DNA of 64,000 nucleotides from Bacteroidales bacterium. Lineage in GTDB: Bacteria > Bacteroidota > Bacteroidia > Bacteroidales > UBA932. Positions within the stretch are counted from its first letter, which is position 1. Every line of letters begins with the position of its first letter. The stretch lies in NCBI GenBank assembly GCA_017454335.1, contig JAFTDE010000060.1:13102-77101 (forward strand), read 5' to 3'. The translations under genes and the position numbers were made by a program. A model generated the notes under the pieces. The model made no database searches. It saw only the letters and a list, made by a program, of their open reading frames with translations, and was not told the DNA's origin. This document shows positions 10,268 to 20,491 of the stretch, one piece after another.

Positions 10268-10971
10268 GCGGCTTTCTTACCGATGTACATCCGGCAGATG
10301 CCCAGGGTGAAAGCCCTGTGGCGTACGTCCGTGTATCCGCATTCCTGCATGAATGCCGTCCATTCTTTCGGTCCGGGAAAGCCAAGCACCGAGGCGGGCA
10401 GGTACTCGTACGCCTTGCGGTCGCCGGAAACCGCTCCGCCGATGCGGGGCAGGATACGCGTGAAATAGAGTTTGTAGAGGCTGCGGAGCAGGGGATTGGA
10501 CGGGACGGAGAGTTCCAGGATGACCAGCTTGCCGCCGGGTTTCAGGACGCGGAGGATTTCCCGCAGCGCCGCTGCGCGGTTCTCGAAATTCCGGATGCCG
10601 AAGGCGATGGTGACGCGGTCGAAGCAGGGGCCGTCCCAGCCCAGGTGTTCGCAGTCGCCTTCCAGCGTGCTGATGCGTTCCTGCAGCCCGGCTTTCTTCA
10701 CTTTCTCCTGCATGACCTCCAGCATGCCGGGGGAGAGGTCCAGACCGGTCACGTGGCTGTCCGCGTGCATTTTCCGGGCGATGGCGATACTGAAGTCCCC
10801 GGTCCCGCAGGCGACGTCCAGGATATGCTGCGCCCCGGCGGGATCGATGATCTCGCGCAGGGCCCGGCGGCGCCAGCTGCGGTCAACCCCCAGGGACAGC
10901 AGGTGATTGAGCCGGTCATAGTCGGCGCTGATGCCGTCGAACATGTTTCTGATCTTTCTTTTGTCGGGCAT
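10264..10971 (-). CDS. menG: Demethylmenaquinone methyltransferase (UbiE/MenG)
   Basis: MFDGIS.DYDRLNHLLSLG.D..WR, LDVACGTGD, AFGIRNF and AYEYLP motifs. Confidence 0.93.
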   Translation of the reverse strand: MPDKRKIRNMFDGISADYDRLNHLLSLGVDRSWRRRALREIIDPAGAQHILDVACGTGDFSIAIARKMHADSHVTGLDLSPGMLEVMQEKVKKAGLQERISTLEGDCEHLGWDGPCFDRVTIAFGIRNFENRAAALREILRVLKPGGKLVILELSVPSNPLLRSLYKLYFTRILPRIGGAVSGDRKAYEYLPASVLGFPGPKEWTAFMQECGYTDVRHRAFTLGICRMYIGKKAA

Positions 10972-11040
10972 TTCGGAGGATAAAGATAAGGTTTTTCGGG
11001 GAGTTTTCCGTAACTTGCAAACCGTTTCAATCCCGATTGT

Positions 11041-13743
11041 ATGAAAGCCCGGCTGCTGTATCCGATCCTGATGGCCCTGTGCCTGCTGTGTTCCTGCAAA
11101 TCATTTCCTTCTACCGTTGAACTGGCGAACCCCGATTCTGCGCGTGCCGCCTATGCCGGGGAGAAACTGGCTGCGGTGCTGGCCGCTCACGACGGATACC
11201 GGGTGCGGGTCGGATGCTGGAAGGACGCCGCTTTCCGCAGCGAGATGGAAGAACGCGGCCTGGTACCCGCCGGCGCCGACATGGATGCGAAGGAGGCCTT
11301 TTTCCTGCATGCGGACGGAAGCGAGGTCCTGGTGTGCGGATCGGATGAGAGCGGGGAACTCTACGGCTGTCTCGAGCTCTGCTCCCGCCTGGAAGGGAAG
11401 GGCGGACTGCCCCGGCATCTGTCGCTGTTCGACCGGCCCGAGATGGTGATGCGCGGTACCTGCATCGGGATCCAGAAGACCTATTACCTGCCCGGCCGGA
11501 CAGTGTACGAATATCCCTATACCGAGGAGAATTTCCCCTGGTTCTATGACAAGGAGCTGTGGATCAAGTACCTGGACATGATGGTCGAGAACCGCATGAA
11601 CGCCCTGTACCTGTGGAACGGCCATCCCTTCGCCTCGCTGGTGAAACTGCCCGACTACCCGTATGCCCTGGAGGTGAGCGAGGAGGATTTCCGCCGGAAC
11701 GAGGAGATGTTCGGTTTCCTGACGGCCGAGGCGGACAAGCGCGGCATCTGGGTCATCCAGATGTTCTACAATATCATCGTTTCCAAACCCTTCGCGGAGT
11801 ACCACCACATTCCCACCCAGAACCGCAACGTCAAGATCACGCCGCTGCTGTCGGATTATACGCGCAAATCCATCGCCGCCTTCGTCGAGAAGTATCCGAA
11901 CGTCGGCCTGCTGGTCTGCCTTGGTGAGGCGATGAATACCTGGGACGATGATGTCCAGTGGTTCACCCAGACCATCATTCCGGGCGTCCAGGACGGCCTC
12001 CGGGCACTGGGAAAGGAGGAGGAACCGCCGATCGTGCTCCGCGCCCACGACACCAACTGCGAGATGGTGATGGACGCGGCCCTGCCGATCTACCGGAATC
12101 TCTACACGATGAACAAATACAACGGCGAGTCCCTCTGTACCTATGAACCGCGCGGTCCCTGGACGGAAACCCACCGCGCCCTGAGCGCCCTGGGCAGCAT
12201 CCACATCGAGAACGTGCATATCCTGGCGAATCTCGAGCCCTTCCGTTACGGCGCGCCGGGATTCATCCGCAAGAGCGTGATCGCCATGCACGAGGTGCAC
12301 GGGGCGAACGGCCTGCACCTGTATCCGCAGGCTTCGTACTGGGACTGGCCCTACAGCGCCGACCGCCTGGAGGACGGCGGGCGCCTGCTGGAAATGGACC
12401 GGGACTGGATCTGGTACAAGGCCTGGGGCCGCTATGCCTGGGACTGCGGCCGCGATCCGGACGCTGAGGATGCGTACTGGAGCGGAAACCTGGCCGATTA
12501 CTACGGCTGCTCCGCGGCGGACGCCCGCCGTATCCTGACAGCCTATGAAGAGAGCGGCGAGATTTCGCCCAAGCTGCTGCGCAAGTTCGGCATCACCGAA
12601 GGCAACCGCGAGACCTTCCTGCTGGGCATGTTCATGAGTCAGCTGGTCAATCCGAACCGCTGGACCGTCTATCCCGATTTCGCCAATTCCTGCGGCCCGC
12701 TGGGCGAAAAGCTGGAAGTCTGGGCCGAGAAGGAATTCAAGGGCGAGGCGCACGAGGGGTCCGATCTGCCGCCGCTGCTGATCGCCCAGGTGCGCGAGCA
12801 CGCCCGCAAGGCGCTCGCCGCCATCGAAAAGGTTCGCTGCGTCCGGATCAACCGCGACGAATTCGAGCGCCTGCGCAACGACATACGCTGCTACGAGGCC
12901 TTCGCCGCATCCTTTACGGACAAGCTGGAGGCGGCGATGGATGTGCTGATGTACAGCCACAACGGCGACCGCGCGCTGCTGGACCATGCCTGCGTGAAGA
13001 TGGAGAGCAGCCTGGAGCATTTCCGCCGCCTGGTCGAACTGGGCGACAGCCATTACCTCTATGCGAACAGCATGCAGACCTCCCAGCGCCGCATACCGGC
13101 ATCCGGTGCCGGCGGCCGGAACAAACTCTGGGGCGAACTGTTGCCTCAGTACGAGCAGGAACTGGAGACCTTCCGCACCAACATCCGCCTGCTGGATGCG
13201 GGAAATGATGCTGCGAAAGTGCAGTTCCCCGCCTTCCGGCCCGCCCGGGTCCGCATCCTCTCCCCGAAAGATGCGGTCTGGATCCCCGTGCAGGAAGGCG
13301 CGCAGCCTTTCCTGGACAGTCCGGGCGCCATCGTGGCCTATGCGCCGGAAATCGCCGATCTGCAGATCCTGCAGACCGATACGCACGTCCAGCGCGACGC
13401 CCACACGGTGTTCACGTTCGAGGCGGCCGGTCCGGTAACGCTGTGGGTGGGCTATTACAACCCGATCAGCCCGAGCAACCGCTATCTCCCTGCCCCGAAA
13501 CTGGAAACGGATGCCAGTGCGAACGATTACGGCCAGGCGGATGTCCAGATCGCCAATGCGATCGAGATCGCCGGATCGGCCGCCGTCAACCTGCACGCAT
13601 TCCATTTCCCCGCCGGACGGCATACCGTCGATCTGGGCAAGGGTATGTGCCTGGTCTTCGGATTCGCCGAACCCGCTACGGATTTCAAGGCACATGACGC
13701 CGGACTGAAGGAATTCGGCGCCATCGACTGGTTATTCTATTAG
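11041..13743 (+). CDS. GH138 alpha-D-galacturonidase-like lipoprotein (BT0997 type)
   Basis: Lipobox LCSC. The sequence YEYPYT..FPWFYDK..LYLWNGHPFASLVKL..HILANLEPF..YPQASYWDWPY..DWLFY matches my recollection of Bacteroides GH138; no search run. Confidence 0.8.
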   Translation: MKARLLYPILMALCLLCSCKSFPSTVELANPDSARAAYAGEKLAAVLAAHDGYRVRVGCWKDAAFRSEMEERGLVPAGADMDAKEAFFLHADGSEVLVCGSDESGELYGCLELCSRLEGKGGLPRHLSLFDRPEMVMRGTCIGIQKTYYLPGRTVYEYPYTEENFPWFYDKELWIKYLDMMVENRMNALYLWNGHPFASLVKLPDYPYALEVSEEDFRRNEEMFGFLTAEADKRGIWVIQMFYNIIVSKPFAEYHHIPTQNRNVKITPLLSDYTRKSIAAFVEKYPNVGLLVCLGEAMNTWDDDVQWFTQTIIPGVQDGLRALGKEEEPPIVLRAHDTNCEMVMDAALPIYRNLYTMNKYNGESLCTYEPRGPWTETHRALSALGSIHIENVHILANLEPFRYGAPGFIRKSVIAMHEVHGANGLHLYPQASYWDWPYSADRLEDGGRLLEMDRDWIWYKAWGRYAWDCGRDPDAEDAYWSGNLADYYGCSAADARRILTAYEESGEISPKLLRKFGITEGNRETFLLGMFMSQLVNPNRWTVYPDFANSCGPLGEKLEVWAEKEFKGEAHEGSDLPPLLIAQVREHARKALAAIEKVRCVRINRDEFERLRNDIRCYEAFAASFTDKLEAAMDVLMYSHNGDRALLDHACVKMESSLEHFRRLVELGDSHYLYANSMQTSQRRIPASGAGGRNKLWGELLPQYEQELETFRTNIRLLDAGNDAAKVQFPAFRPARVRILSPKDAVWIPVQEGAQPFLDSPGAIVAYAPEIADLQILQTDTHVQRDAHTVFTFEAAGPVTLWVGYYNPISPSNRYLPAPKLETDASANDYGQADVQIANAIEIAGSAAVNLHAFHFPAGRHTVDLGKGMCLVFGFAEPATDFKAHDAGLKEFGAIDWLFY

Positions 13744-13745
13744 CT

Positions 13746-15731
13746 ATGAAGAACAAGGTTTCGGTTCTTGGTGTATTACTTTTATTCGCTTTCTGTTCAT
13801 TGACTTCGGCGCAGTCCTTTTCCACCGATCCGGCGCAGCGGGACACCGTCTATGTGCTGGAATCCGTCTCCGTGACCGGCAGCCGGGTGCCCCTGACCCT
13901 GCGCCAGAGCGCGCGCATGGTGACCGTGCTGGACAGCCTGGCCATCGCCGCACTGCCGGCGACCAGCGTGAACGATCTGCTGAAATACGCCGTGGGCGTG
14001 GATGTACGCCAGCGCGGCATGATGGGCATGCAGACCGACATCAGCATCCGCGGCGGCACCTTTGACCAGATTGCCGTCCTGTTGAACGGAATCAGCATCA
14101 CAGACCCGCAGACCGGACACAATGCGGCGGATTTCCCGGTGGACATCAGCGAGATCGAACGGATCGAGGTGCTGGAAGGTCCGGCCGCCCGTGTGTACGG
14201 GACGGCGTCCCTGCTGGGGGCGGTGAACATCGTCACCAAAACCCACAGCCGGAGCGGCCTGTCCGCCCATGTGGAAGGCGGCTCGCACGGTTCTTTCTCC
14301 GCCGGACTGTCCGGGAACCTCCATACCGGGACCTTCGACAACCAGATTTCCGCGTCCTGGTCCCGTTCTGACGGATATACCCAGAGCCGGGCCGGCACGA
14401 ACAATACTGATTTTTCGGCCGCCCGGCTGTTCTATCAGGGCGGCTGGAACGGGCGGAGCATGCAGCTGCGCTGGCACAGCGGCCTGTCAGTCAAGGATTT
14501 CGGCTCGAACACCTTCTACAGCCCGCGTTTCGACGACCAGTTCGAGCATACGCTCAAGACGTTCACGGCCATCCAGGCGGAGACCTTCGGATGGTTGCAT
14601 TTCAAGCCGGCGCTGTACTGGAATCATGGTGAAGACCGCTTCGAACTCTTCCGGGGACAGGCTGACAAATATCCCTTCAATTACCACCGCACCAACGTTT
14701 TCGGCGTCAACCTGGGGGCCTGGTTCGAGACCGCACTGGGCCGGACGGCGTTCGGGGGCGAGTTCCGCAACGAAGACATCATCAGTACGAACCTGGGCGA
14801 GCCCCTGCCTGCGCCGCGTCCCGTCCCGGGATCGGACGCCCAGTACAGGGTGGGGCTGAACCGCAGCGACATCAGTTTCTATCTCGAGCACAACGTCATC
14901 CTGCCGCGCTTCACCTTTTCCGCCGGCCTGACCGCGGCGAAGAACACCGGAAACACCGAAGGATTCCGCATCTTCCCGGGCGTCGATGCCAGCGTACGGA
15001 TCTCGGACGCCTGGAAGCTGTATGCTTCCTACAACAGTTCGCTCCGGATGCCGACCTTCACGGAACTGTATTATTCCGTCGGCGGGCACCAGGCGGACAA
15101 GAATCTGAAGGCGGAGAAGATGCAGGCGGTGGAAGTCGGCGGCAAATACATCCGGGCCGGCATCCGGGCCGTCGCTTCGGTCTATTACCACCACGGGACG
15201 GACCTGATCGACTGGATCCAGGACCTCTCCGTCCTGGATGCTCCCTGGACTTCCGTCAACCACGCCGTCGTGGACGCCGTCGGGGAGGAGCTGACGCTGC
15301 GGGTCGAGCCCGGCCTGCTGATGGGCCTGGAGCGTTTCCCGCTGCAGCAGATCAGCCTGAGTTACGCGCACATCGACCAGTACAAGGCCACCGTGCCCGG
15401 TTATGCTTCGTATTACGCCCTGGAATACCTGCGGAACAAATTCGTCGCCCAGACGGACATCCGGCTGTGGCGGAATCTGAACCTGAACCTGTCCGCACGC
15501 TGGCACGACCGCTGCGGCAGCTACCGTCTGTATGAGGACGGTGCCGATACGGGCCGGACGGCCGAGTATGCGCCCTATGCGATCCTGGATGCGAAACTGT
15601 CCTGGGATGCACCGCGATACACCCTGTATCTGTCGGCGGAAAACCTGACGAACACCCGCTACATCGACCACGGAAACGTCCCGCAACCGGGCATCTGGGT
15701 CCGGGCGGGCGTCCGTCTGCGTCTGGAGTAG
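13746..15731 (+). CDS. TonB-dependent receptor (BtuB-like, non-SusC)
   Basis: Signal peptide; TonB-box-like SVSVTGSR; plug motif IERIEVLEGPAARVYG..LLGAVNIVT; C-terminal ENLTN..Y..PG strands. Confidence 0.9.
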   Translation: MKNKVSVLGVLLLFAFCSLTSAQSFSTDPAQRDTVYVLESVSVTGSRVPLTLRQSARMVTVLDSLAIAALPATSVNDLLKYAVGVDVRQRGMMGMQTDISIRGGTFDQIAVLLNGISITDPQTGHNAADFPVDISEIERIEVLEGPAARVYGTASLLGAVNIVTKTHSRSGLSAHVEGGSHGSFSAGLSGNLHTGTFDNQISASWSRSDGYTQSRAGTNNTDFSAARLFYQGGWNGRSMQLRWHSGLSVKDFGSNTFYSPRFDDQFEHTLKTFTAIQAETFGWLHFKPALYWNHGEDRFELFRGQADKYPFNYHRTNVFGVNLGAWFETALGRTAFGGEFRNEDIISTNLGEPLPAPRPVPGSDAQYRVGLNRSDISFYLEHNVILPRFTFSAGLTAAKNTGNTEGFRIFPGVDASVRISDAWKLYASYNSSLRMPTFTELYYSVGGHQADKNLKAEKMQAVEVGGKYIRAGIRAVASVYYHHGTDLIDWIQDLSVLDAPWTSVNHAVVDAVGEELTLRVEPGLLMGLERFPLQQISLSYAHIDQYKATVPGYASYYALEYLRNKFVAQTDIRLWRNLNLNLSARWHDRCGSYRLYEDGADTGRTAEYAPYAILDAKLSWDAPRYTLYLSAENLTNTRYIDHGNVPQPGIWVRAGVRLRLE

Positions 15732-15734
15732 GGG

Positions 15735-17030
15735 CTATTCCAGCCCGACGCGTCCGTAGATGAAATCGACGTTCTTGAAGTAATAGTCCAGGGTGAAGCA
15801 CGCTTCGAGCTCTTCCCGGGATACCAGGCCCATGACCGCTTCCGATTCCAGCAGGAGGGTCTTGTAGTCCAGGCCGTCGGTCCATGCCTTCATGGCGATG
15901 GGCTGGACGGTGTCGTAGGCCTGTTCGCGCGAGAGGCCCTTTCCGATCAGCGCATTCATCACGCGCTGGGCGAAGATGACGCCCTTGGTGCGGTAGATGT
16001 TGGCCAGCATGTTCTCCGGATACACGACCAGGTTTTCCAGGATGCCGCGGAAACGGTTCAGCATGTAGTCCAGCAGTTCCGTCGCGTCCGGCAGGATGAT
16101 GCGCTCGGTGGAGGAGTGCGAGATGTCCCGCTCGTGCCAGAGGGCGACGTTTTCGGCGGAAGCGCTCATGTATCCGCGCATCACGCGGGCACATCCGCAG
16201 ATGTTCTCGCTGCTGATCGGATTGCGCTTGTGGGGCATGGCGCTGGATCCCTTCTGGCCCTTGCGGAAGGCTTCTTCAACCTCGCGGACCTCGGTGCGCT
16301 GCAGGTTGCGCACCTCGAAAGCCATCTGTTCAAGCGTCGAGGCGATGACGGCCAGGGTCGCGATGTAGTAGGCGTGGCGGTCGCGCTGCAGCACCTGCGT
16401 CGAGATGTTGGCGGACTGGATGCCCAGTTTTTCGCAGACATAGTCCTGGATGAACGGGGGAATGTTGGCGAAGTTGCCGACGGCGCCGCTCATCTTGCCG
16501 GCTTCGACATCGGCGGAGGCTGCCTTGAAGCGACGGATGTTCCGCTGCATTTCCTCGTACCACAGGGCCCATTTCAGGCCGAAGCAGGTGATGTCGGCGT
16601 GGATGCCGTGCGTGCGCCCGATGCAGGGCGTCTGCCTGAATTCCAGGGCGCGGCGCTTGAGGACGGCGCTGAAGTCTTCCAGGTCCTGCAGCAGGATCGC
16701 GTCGGCCTGACGGAGCAGGTATCCGTTGGCAGTGTCCACGACGTCGGTGGAAGTCAGGCCGTAGTGCACCCATTTGCGCTCTTCTCCCAGGCTTTCACTG
16801 ACGGCGCGGGTGAACGCCACCACGTCGTGGCGGGTCTGCTCTTCGATTTCCTGGATGCGCGCCACCTCGAAACGGGCGTTCTTCCGTATCTTTTCGACAT
16901 CTTCGGCGGGGATGACGCCCAGTTTGCTCCAGGCCTCGCAGGACAGGATCTCCACCTGCAGATAGGCGTTGAACTTGTTCTCTTCGGTCCAGACGTCCCG
17001 CATGACCTTCCGGGAGTAGCGTTCGATCAT
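15735..17030 (-). CDS. purB: Adenylosuccinate lyase
   Basis: [13 protein letters not shown] and [11 protein letters not shown] signature; 431 aa. Confidence 0.96.
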   Translation of the reverse strand: MIERYSRKVMRDVWTEENKFNAYLQVEILSCEAWSKLGVIPAEDVEKIRKNARFEVARIQEIEEQTRHDVVAFTRAVSESLGEERKWVHYGLTSTDVVDTANGYLLRQADAILLQDLEDFSAVLKRRALEFRQTPCIGRTHGIHADITCFGLKWALWYEEMQRNIRRFKAASADVEAGKMSGAVGNFANIPPFIQDYVCEKLGIQSANISTQVLQRDRHAYYIATLAVIASTLEQMAFEVRNLQRTEVREVEEAFRKGQKGSSAMPHKRNPISSENICGCARVMRGYMSASAENVALWHERDISHSSTERIILPDATELLDYMLNRFRGILENLVVYPENMLANIYRTKGVIFAQRVMNALIGKGLSREQAYDTVQPIAMKAWTDGLDYKTLLLESEAVMGLVSREELEACFTLDYYFKNVDFIYGRVGLE

Positions 17031-17031
17031 A

Positions 17032-17976
17032 TTACTGCTTGTTAAGGAATTCGCGGATGTTCTTCTCGATGCGGGCGGGGATGTCCGCGTCGTCGAAACG
17101 GGCGAACTTCTCGCCCGTGATGTGCTCGTACAGTTCGATGTAGCGGTCCGTGATGCCCTTGACCACGGCGTCGGTCATCGCGGGGACCTGCTGGCCGGCC
17201 TGTCCCGAGAAGCCCTCGGACATCAGCCATTCGCGGACGAACTCCTTGGACAGCTGGCGCTGTTTCTCGCCGCGGGCGAGGCGCTCTTCGTATCCGTCCG
17301 CATAGAAGTAACGCGAGGAGTCCGGCGTATGGATCTCGTCCATCAGCATGATCTTCCCGTCCTTCTTGCCGAATTCGTATTTGGTGTCCACCAGGATCAG
17401 CCCCTTGGCGGCAGCCAGCTCGGTTCCGCGCTGGAAAAGCGCCAGGGTGTAGCGCTCCAGCTGGGTGTAGTCTTCTTCCGAAACCAGCCCGCTGGCGATG
17501 ATTTCCGCGCGGCTGATGTCTTCGTCATGGCCGGCGTCGGCCTTGGTCGTCGGGGTAATGATCGGGTGCGGCAGGCGCTGGTTCTCCACCAGCCCTTCGG
17601 GCAGCACTTCGCCGCAGAGCGTCCGTTTGCCGGCCTTGTACTCGCGCCAGGCGTGTCCGGCCAGGTAACCGCGGACGACCATTTCCACCTTGAAGGGTTC
17701 GCAGCGGTAACCGACCGTGACCATCGGATCGACCTCGGCGATCTTCCAGTTCGGCAGGATGTCCGAGGTGGAATCCAGGAACTTCGAAGCGATCTGGTTC
17801 AGGATCTGGCCTTTGCAGGGGATGCCTGCGGGCAGGACGACGTCGAAGGCGGAGATGCGGTCGGTGGCGATCATGACAAGATATTTGCCGTCAATGTCAT
17901 AGACATCGCGGACTTTCCCGACGTATTTGGATCTCTGGCCGGGGAAGTGGAAATCGGTGTGGGTTACAGCGCTCAT
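17032..17976 (-). CDS. purC: Phosphoribosylaminoimidazolesuccinocarboxamide synthase
   Basis: [22 protein letters not shown] and [10 protein letters not shown] motifs; start placed at ATG 17976. Confidence 0.96.
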   Translation of the reverse strand: MSAVTHTDFHFPGQRSKYVGKVRDVYDIDGKYLVMIATDRISAFDVVLPAGIPCKGQILNQIASKFLDSTSDILPNWKIAEVDPMVTVGYRCEPFKVEMVVRGYLAGHAWREYKAGKRTLCGEVLPEGLVENQRLPHPIITPTTKADAGHDEDISRAEIIASGLVSEEDYTQLERYTLALFQRGTELAAAKGLILVDTKYEFGKKDGKIMLMDEIHTPDSSRYFYADGYEERLARGEKQRQLSKEFVREWLMSEGFSGQAGQQVPAMTDAVVKGITDRYIELYEHITGEKFARFDDADIPARIEKNIREFLNKQ

Positions 17977-18046
17977 GGTAATAACAAAAATGTCCTCAAA
18001 TTTAACACTTTTATGGCAAACGAACAACCCGGAGACCCGCATTCTT

Positions 18047-18081
18047 TGCGACTCGGTTGCGGGAATTCCGGCCTACCTTTG
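18047..18081 (+). promoter_or_regulatory. Promoter of the heavy-metal ATPase with candidate palindromic operator
   Basis: TACCTTTG at 18074-18081; imperfect palindrome TGCGAC-TCG-GTTGCG at 18047-18061. Confidence 0.5.
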
Positions 18082-18102
18082 CATTGTTAAAACGTATCCA
18101 CC

Positions 18103-20031
18103 ATGGGACATCATCACGAACACCATCACGAGCATCACCACGAAGAGGAAGGGCATGGCGCCCTTGTCCGCATCATCGTCGCCGCGGTCCTGCTGGCCGC
18201 AGCCATGTACATCGAAGCCCATACATCCCTGGCCGTACACTGGCTGCTGCTCATTTTCCTGGTTCCGTACCTGATCGTCGGGGCGGAGACCCTGAAGGAG
18301 GCGGCGGAGGGGCTGGCCCATGGGGATCCCTTCAATGAACATTTCCTGATGGCCGTCGCGACCATCGGCGCGTTCTGCATCGGATTTCTGCCCGGCGCGC
18401 AGACGCAGTTCGCGGAAGCGGTTTTCGTCATGCTGTTCTTCCAGGTCGGGGAGTTGTTCGAAGGATTCGCCGAAGGGCGCAGCCGGCAGAGCATTTCCCA
18501 TCTGATGAACATCCGCCCGGACGTAGCGCGCGTGCTGCGGGACGGGACGGAGACGGAAGTCGATCCCGCGCAGGTCGAAATCGGCGAGACGCTGATCCTG
18601 CGGCCCGGAGACCGGATTCCCCTGGACGGCGTCGTGCTGGAAGGGGAGAGCGCCCTGGATACCGTTGCGCTGACCGGCGAGAGCCTCCCGCGCCCGGTGC
18701 ATCCCGAGGACGAGGTCCTGTCGGGCTGTATCAACCTCAGCGGGGTCCTGCGGGTCCGCAGCACCAAGTCTTTCCATGACAGCACGGTGTCGCGGGTCCT
18801 GGACCTGATGGAGAACGCGGCCGCACACAAATCCCGCAGCGAGACCTTCATCACGCGTTTCGCACGAGTCTATACGCCCATCGTGGTGTTTGCCGCCCTG
18901 CTGCTGGCACTGCTGCCGCCGCTGCTGTCCGGTGATTTCGCCGGCACGTTCCCGGTCTGGCTGTACCGCGCCCTGATGTTCCTGATCGTCTCCTGCCCCT
19001 GCGCCCTGGTGCTGAGCATTCCGCTGACTTTCTTCGGCGGGATCGGCGGGGCTTCCCGGAAGGGCATCCTGGTCAAGGGAGCCAATTTCCTGGACCTGCT
19101 GGCCCGGACGGACACGGTGGTCTTCGATAAGACCGGAACCCTGACGGAAGGGCGTTTCGCCGTCGAGGCCGTGCATCCGGAGCGCTGCGACGAACGGCAC
19201 CTGCTGCACCTGGCGGCCCATGTCGAGCATTTCTCGACCCATCCGGTCGGGGCTGCGCTGCGGGATGCCTTCCCGGACGAGGCGACGGACGGATGCCGGG
19301 TCGATGACGTGCGTGAGATTCCGGGACAGGGCGTCTGTGCGAAGGTGGAAGGACAGGAGGTCTGCGTCGGGAACAGCCGCCTGATGGAAGCGGTCGGTGC
19401 CGCCTGGCACGACTGCCACTGCAGCGGGACCATCATCCACGTGGCGATCGACGGGCAGTATGCCGGACACATCGTGATCAACGACCACATCAAGGATGAC
19501 AGCCGGGAAGCTGTCACGGCGCTCCGCGAGCTGGGCGTCCGCCGGACCGTCATGCTGACGGGCGACCGTGCCGACGTGGGCCGGCATGTCGCCGAAACCC
19601 TGGGCCTGGATGACTGCCGGGCTGAATTGCTGCCGCAGGACAAAGTCCGGGAACTCGAGTCGCTGCTCGCGCAGAAACCCGCGGGAAAGAGCCTGCTGTT
19701 CGTCGGAGACGGAATCAACGATGCGCCGGTGCTGGCGCTCGCCGATGTCGGGATCGCCATGGGCGGCCTGGGCAGCGATGCCGCCATCGAAGCCGCGGAT
19801 GTGGTCGTGATGGACGACAAACCGTCCAAGGTGGCCCTGGCGGTGCGCATTTCACGCCGGATTTTGCGAATTGCCCGGGAAAATGCTATTTTTGCAGTCG
19901 GTGTCAAGCTCGCCGTACTGGTGCTGGCCGCACTGGGCGTGGCTACGATGTGGATGGCCGTCTTTGCCGATGTCGGCGTGACGGTACTCGCCGTGCTGAA
20001 CGCGATGCGCGCGCTGAAGACAAGAAAATAG
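18103..20031 (+). CDS. cadA: Heavy-metal (Zn/Cd) P1B-type ATPase with His-rich N-terminus
   Basis: MGHHHEHHHEHHHEEE; TGES, SCPCAL, DKTGTLT, HP and GDGINDAP motifs. Confidence 0.93.
   Translation: MGHHHEHHHEHHHEEEGHGALVRIIVAAVLLAAAMYIEAHTSLAVHWLLLIFLVPYLIVGAETLKEAAEGLAHGDPFNEHFLMAVATIGAFCIGFLPGAQTQFAEAVFVMLFFQVGELFEGFAEGRSRQSISHLMNIRPDVARVLRDGTETEVDPAQVEIGETLILRPGDRIPLDGVVLEGESALDTVALTGESLPRPVHPEDEVLSGCINLSGVLRVRSTKSFHDSTVSRVLDLMENAAAHKSRSETFITRFARVYTPIVVFAALLLALLPPLLSGDFAGTFPVWLYRALMFLIVSCPCALVLSIPLTFFGGIGGASRKGILVKGANFLDLLARTDTVVFDKTGTLTEGRFAVEAVHPERCDERHLLHLAAHVEHFSTHPVGAALRDAFPDEATDGCRVDDVREIPGQGVCAKVEGQEVCVGNSRLMEAVGAAWHDCHCSGTIIHVAIDGQYAGHIVINDHIKDDSREAVTALRELGVRRTVMLTGDRADVGRHVAETLGLDDCRAELLPQDKVRELESLLAQKPAGKSLLFVGDGINDAPVLALADVGIAMGGLGSDAAIEAADVVVMDDKPSKVALAVRISRRILRIARENAIFAVGVKLAVLVLAALGVATMWMAVFADVGVTVLAVLNAMRALKTRK
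19863..19894 (+). promoter_or_regulatory. Candidate internal -33/-7 promoter inside the cadA 3' end
   Basis: TTTG at 19863-19866, 20-nt spacer, TATTTTTG at 19887-19894, within a locally AT-rich codon stretch. Confidence 0.45.
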
Positions 20032-20034
20032 AGC

Positions 20035-20466
20035 ATGCAGGAACAACCTTCGCAGGACGAGATTCTTTTACAACAGGCCGGAATCCGGGTGACGGCCGTC
20101 CGCCTGATGATCTGGAAGACCATCCGCAGGTCCTTTGCCGGGGCTTTCGGCCTGGCGGACCTGGAGACGGTCCTTCCCACGGTGGACCGTTCCACCTTGT
20201 TCCGTATGCTGAACCTGCTGAGCGAGGCGCATCTGCTGCACAGCATCGACGATGGCAGTGCTTCCCGGAAATACTGTCTCTGCGACGAGGACAGCCACAG
20301 CCTCCAGATGCATCACATCCATTTCAACTGTCGTGTCTGCCAGCGTACTTTCTGCCTGACCGACTTGCACATCCCGCAGGTGGCGCTTCCGGAGGGTTTC
20401 GTTGCGGAAGACACCGACTATGTCGTCAAGGGGATCTGCCCGGACTGCTCCCGTCGAATTCACTGA
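20035..20466 (+). CDS. Fur family transcriptional regulator
   Basis: GIRVTAVR, DRSTLFRML, HHIHFNCRVC and GICPDC motifs. Confidence 0.9.
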   Translation: MQEQPSQDEILLQQAGIRVTAVRLMIWKTIRRSFAGAFGLADLETVLPTVDRSTLFRMLNLLSEAHLLHSIDDGSASRKYCLCDEDSHSLQMHHIHFNCRVCQRTFCLTDLHIPQVALPEGFVAEDTDYVVKGICPDCSRRIH

Positions 20467-20491
20467 AACAAGTTCAAATCTTAATACAATC

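Noticed and set aside
11101-13695. 864-aa antisense ORF
   Set aside because: Shadow of the GH138 gene.
13700-13760. Cobalamin riboswitch before the BtuB-like receptor
   Set aside because: Only a 2-bp intergenic gap; no riboswitch sequence seen.
18109-18150. CAT/CAC-rich tandem repeat
   Set aside because: Encodes the His-rich metal-binding tail of the ATPase; not a DNA repeat element.
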